A model generated the notes under the pieces. The model worked only from the letters and a program-made list of their open reading frames with translations, did not search any database and was not told the origin of the DNA. A stretch of 62,917 nt of DNA, the filler included. It is 5 parts of 5 records of this genome, joined end to end, with 100 filler letters (N's around TTAATTAATTAA, not from the genome) between each part and the next. Parts side by side here need not be neighbours in the genome. Positions count along the whole stretch, not along the records: positions 56,965 to 62,917 come from DRR723986_7136; 4 more parts are not named here. One strand, written 5' to 3'. The stretch's first letter is position 1. The number at the start of each line of letters is the position of its first letter. The translations under genes were made by a program, and so were the position numbers. Below are positions 59,497 to 62,917 of this stretch, one piece after another.

Positions 59497-59764
59497 CGTC
59501 GTTGTCCCGTTAAGGTTAATTGCTCGATGGTTACAGTGTCGTTGCCAATTGGGGCAGGACAAGGCCGATGCCGGGGAACCTTCTGGGTGTTTTGGACGTT
59601 GTTTTGGCTTTAGTGGCTGAACTGGATACTGATTGTTCACAAATCAGAAACCTAACCTGACCTTTTAGGCAGGTCCGTGCCATATTGTGCGACCAAGTTT
59701 TCACGGAAACACGGGATTGTTTACCACTCTGACAAGCTCGGCGGCGCATGACCGGCATAATAGA

Positions 59765-59801
59765 AAGCGCCGCGCCTTCACCTTGGGAAGACGCGGCGCT
59801 T
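59765..59801 (-). terminator. Terminator-like hairpin
   Basis: AAGCGCCGCG(C)CTTC / GAAG(A)CGCGGCGCTT stem just downstream of the 59824 gene. Confidence 0.6.
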
Positions 59802-59823
59802 GGGACACCCCCGGAGCAGGGGA

Positions 59824-60423
59824 TCAGCCAGTTGCAGCGAGGTCTGCAAAAATGTTGTCGACCGCATCGGGCAGGTTCGCTGCCGACTTTCTGCGGCTGA
59901 CGAAGCTTGCGATGGGATGTTCAGTGACCGCGGCGGGCACCCGGCGCGGAACGGCCGGAGCCACGGGGCGGGCGCGGTGCGGATGTTCAACCGGAGCAAC
60001 CCGGCGCGGGGTAACCTTGCGGCGGATGGCGCTGCGCATCCGGTAGTCACGCGGTGCGTTTTCGGCATAGGTCAGCATCAGCGCCGCGATCAGCACGAGA
60101 TCGCGCCAGAAGGTGCCCAGTTCGTCGGCGACACCCAGTTCGATCATTTGCAGGTAGCTTGCAAACAGGGTCATCAGACCAAGGACCAATGCGGCAGGGC
60201 GCATATAAAGGCCGATCATGACCAGAAAGGCGAGCGCGAACACGATCATCGCCGACAGCGGCTCTGCCACATGGGTGGGCAGCACCTGTTGGGCAAGGAT
60301 GTTCAGGTTGGTTCCGGGGATCAGGTTCAACCCGACAGCCAGAAAGTAAGAGGCGATGACAATCCGCAAGAGGTTCTGGGCGGTGGCATTCAATGTGATG
60401 CGTTCGGCGCTCGGATTGGTCAT
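59824..60423 (-). CDS. DoxX family membrane protein with basic C-terminal tail
   Basis: LLRIVIASYF, LVMIGLYMRPAAL, FWRDLVLIAALML. Confidence 0.7.
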   Translation of the reverse strand: MTNPSAERITLNATAQNLLRIVIASYFLAVGLNLIPGTNLNILAQQVLPTHVAEPLSAMIVFALAFLVMIGLYMRPAALVLGLMTLFASYLQMIELGVADELGTFWRDLVLIAALMLTYAENAPRDYRMRSAIRRKVTPRRVAPVEHPHRARPVAPAVPRRVPAAVTEHPIASFVSRRKSAANLPDAVDNIFADLAATG

Positions 60424-60663
60424 GACCAAGATCTTCTCTGGTTCGCGGCCTTGCGGCTCGGCGTGCGCCCCCCGGCGTGTCGCTCCAGTGGGTCCAATCT
60501 GGGTCTGAAATCGGGCGCTTTTATTATGTATTTGAGGAAAAGGCGGTGCATTCACAGGGCAAGGCGGCGGCGGAAATGCGGCCAGACTGTGATCCCGCCT
60601 GAAAACACAACCGCCACGGGCAGGATTGCTCGCGGCGGTTGAAATTGACCATTTTCAGCGAAA

Positions 60664-61062
60664 TCAGGCCAGAGCAGGGCGCGCCAAGCGGTTATCCACA
60701 GAGAACGCCCCGGCACCATGGGCGGCAAAGGCAAGGTAACCGCCTGCCATGGCCAGATTTTTCAGAAACATGACCTGTTGCATCTGGTTGCCCATATCGA
60801 AGTGATAAAGAAACGCCGTTACCACGGAAAACGCAGCAAGCGCGAGAGCCACCGGCCGGGTCATGAAGCCCACCAGAAGAGCGAGTCCCGCGAGGATTTC
60901 GAACAGAACGGCAGGCCAGGCCAGGAAGGCGGGAATGCCGCCAGAGGCCATGTAGCCTGCGAAACCCTGTACGTCGCCAAGTTTGCCAAGACCGGCAACA
61001 ACGAAGATCAGGGCCATCAGAATGCGGCCAGCGGGGTGGGCATAGGTTTGAAGCGCGGACAT
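60664..61062 (-). CDS. DoxX family protein
   Basis: GRILMALIFVVAGLGK, E-LAGLALLVGFMTR, FLKNLAMAGG, GAGAFSVD. Confidence 0.9.
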   Translation of the reverse strand: MSALQTYAHPAGRILMALIFVVAGLGKLGDVQGFAGYMASGGIPAFLAWPAVLFEILAGLALLVGFMTRPVALALAAFSVVTAFLYHFDMGNQMQQVMFLKNLAMAGGYLAFAAHGAGAFSVDNRLARPALA

Positions 61063-61164
61063 GGGAAACTCCTGTTCAAGGGCGCGGAAACTGCCCGGGG
61101 TTTGCCCTGTCTGAATATGTTTCTCAATGCACCGATATGCGCGAAATCGCGCTGTATCTGTGCA

Positions 61165-61560
61165 CTATTGCGCGGGCTTGGGCTCGATCAGATCCCACCG
61201 GTTGCCATAAAGATCGCGGAACACGGCGACGGTGCCATAGAATTCGTGCCTCGGGTCTTCCTCGAAAACGACGCCAGCGGCCAGCATCCGGGTGCGGCTG
61301 GCCTCGAAATCATCGGTATGCAGGAAATAGCCCACACGCCCGCCCGCGTGCTGCCCGATCGCGTCCACCTGATCCTCGACAGCACGGGCAATCAGAAACT
61401 GGGTTGTTGCATCGTCATCGGGGGCCATCCGCACCCACCGTTTGCCGCCGCCCATGTCGGTATCTTCCAGCAATTGCCAATCCAGCGCCGCGCGAAACCA
61501 GGCAATGGCCTCGTCATAGTCACGCGCAAGAAAGGCCACGAGAGCCAGCCGATTGGTCAC
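61165..61560 (-). CDS. VOC (glyoxalase/bleomycin resistance) family protein
   Basis: DYDEAIAWF, KRWV, FLHTDDF, YGTVAVFRDLYGNRWDLI. Confidence 0.9.
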   Translation of the reverse strand: MTNRLALVAFLARDYDEAIAWFRAALDWQLLEDTDMGGGKRWVRMAPDDDATTQFLIARAVEDQVDAIGQHAGGRVGYFLHTDDFEASRTRMLAAGVVFEEDPRHEFYGTVAVFRDLYGNRWDLIEPKPAQ

Positions 61561-61796
61561 GCATTGCGCTCCAACGCCGTGGCGATGCGGTCCAGCAGGG
61601 CGTTTTGTTCGCTGAGCAGCGCGTTATGCGCCTTTTGCTGCTCGATCTGTTGGGTCTGGTTGGCCGTGACTTTCTCAGTCTCTGCCGTGTGTCGCGCCAG
61701 ATAGTCCTGATAGCGGCCCGATTGATAACGGGCCAGAAGCCCCATCGCCAGAATAACCGCTGCCCCGAACAGGAACAGCGGTATCCAATCATACAT
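61557..61796 (-). CDS. Small TM plus coiled-coil protein
   Basis: N-terminal hydrophobic helix, Gln-rich coil, LDRIATALE. Overlaps the gyrA stop and the VOC start. Confidence 0.65.
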   Translation of the reverse strand: MYDWIPLFLFGAAVILAMGLLARYQSGRYQDYLARHTAETEKVTANQTQQIEQQKAHNALLSEQNALLDRIATALERNA

Positions 61797-62916
61797 CGGC
61801 ATCTACGGCCTCTTCCTCGTCGCTTTGTTCGGCGATCCAGGCGACCGAGACGACCTCTTCGCCCTTGGCGGTGTTGAAGACCTTCACCCCACCGGCCGAG
61901 CGTGAGCGGAACGAAATGCCGTCAACGGGGCAGCGGATCGATTGGCCCTTGGAGGTTGCGAGCATGATCTGGTCGCTCGTCTCTACCGGGAAGCAGGCCA
62001 CCAAGGCCCCGCCGCGCATCGCCTTGTCCATCGCAGCGACGCCCTGACCGCCACGGCCACGCACCGGGTAGTCATGCGACGAGGACAGCTTGCCCGATCC
62101 CTTGGCGGTGATCGTCAGGATCAGATCCTCGGCTGCTGACATCTGTGCGTATTGTTCCGGGCTCAGCGCGGTATCGGCCACGGTCTCCTCGTCGCTGTCT
62201 TCCGCCTCTTCGGTCACGCCCGCCACGGCGCGGCGCATCTTGAGATAGGCGGCGCGGTCTTCGGCACTGGCTTCGAAATGGCGGATCACGGCCATGGAGA
62301 CCACGGTTGCGCCATCGGACAGGCGAATGCCCCGGACACCGGTGGAATCGCGGCCCTTGAAGACGCGCACATCGGTGGTGCGGAAGCGGATCGCACGACC
62401 CGCATCGGTGACCAGCATCACATCGTCATCTTCGGTGCAGATGCGCGCGTTCACCATGCTGACGGACCCGTCCTCGGGCAGTTTCATAGCGATCTTGCCA
62501 TTGGATCGCACATTGGCGAAATCCGACAGCTGGTTGCGGCGCACATCGCCCGCCGTGGTGGCGAAAACGATCTGCAACTCGTCCCAGTGATCTTCATCCC
62601 GGTCAATGGGCAGCACCGCAGCCACGGACACGCCGGTCGGGATCGGCAGGATGTTGACGATCGCCTTGCCCTTGGATGTGCGCCCGCCCTGCGGCAGACG
62701 CCACGTCTTCAGCTTGTAGACCATCCCGTCAGTGGTGAAGAACAACAGCGGCGTGTGGGTGTTGGCCACGAAGAGGTTGGTAACAACGTCATCTTCCTTC
62801 AGCTCACCACCCGACAGCCCCTTGCCACCGCGCTTTTGCGCCCGGAAATCGGCCAGCGGCGTGCGCTTGATATAGCCGCCCGAGGTCACGGTCACGACCA
62901 TGTCTTCGCGTTCGAT
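61789..62916 (-). CDS. gyrA: DNA gyrase subunit A, C-terminal domain (5' part outside window)
   Basis: GYIKRTPL, GyrA box QKRGGKG, beta-pinwheel repeats, acidic tail. Confidence 0.95.
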   Translation of the reverse strand: MEREDMVVTVTSGGYIKRTPLADFRAQKRGGKGLSGGELKEDDVVTNLFVANTHTPLLFFTTDGMVYKLKTWRLPQGGRTSKGKAIVNILPIPTGVSVAAVLPIDRDEDHWDELQIVFATTAGDVRRNQLSDFANVRSNGKIAMKLPEDGSVSMVNARICTEDDDVMLVTDAGRAIRFRTTDVRVFKGRDSTGVRGIRLSDGATVVSMAVIRHFEASAEDRAAYLKMRRAVAGVTEEAEDSDEETVADTALSPEQYAQMSAAEDLILTITAKGSGKLSSSHDYPVRGRGGQGVAAMDKAMRGGALVACFPVETSDQIMLATSKGQSIRCPVDGISFRSRSAGGVKVFNTAKGEEVVSVAWIAEQSDEEEAVDADV

Positions 62917-62917
62917 C

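Noticed and set aside
1-62917. CRISPR arrays, integrases, transposases, prophage genes, rRNA
   Set aside because: No regularly spaced repeats or recognisable motifs were seen by eye. Short or degenerate elements could have been missed.

Overview
The window is five sequence segments joined by four artificial 100-nt spacers (N44-TTAATTAATTAA-N44), so it is probably concatenated metagenome or draft contigs. Segments 1 (1-20655) and 2 (20756-39227) look gammaproteobacterial and Marinobacter-like. Segments 3-5 (39328-47444, 47545-56864, 56965-62917) look like Rhodobacteraceae, and segments 3 and 4 carry the same locus from two different organisms. The best candidate for a novel system is a tightly coupled four-gene SMC operon at 12834-18587: Toprim nuclease, SMC ATPase, kleisin-like protein, MksE/KITE. 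It resembles MksBEFG/Wadjet but has a non-canonical gene order (D-C-A-B), a short nuclease and an atypical ABC signature. It sits head-to-head with a DUF4160/DUF2442 toxin-antitoxin-like pair. Other notable elements are an OmpR / LysM-FecR-FN3 / CHASE2 kinase module, a c-type-heme chemoreceptor, an acetate-type DUF294-exonuclease-DUF4212-symporter-CrbS cluster, a TetR operator footprint shared between two genomes, an Irr ICE box before mbfA, and four DoxX-like genes between gyrA and trmFO. All family and taxon assignments come from motif recognition by eye. No database search was run.
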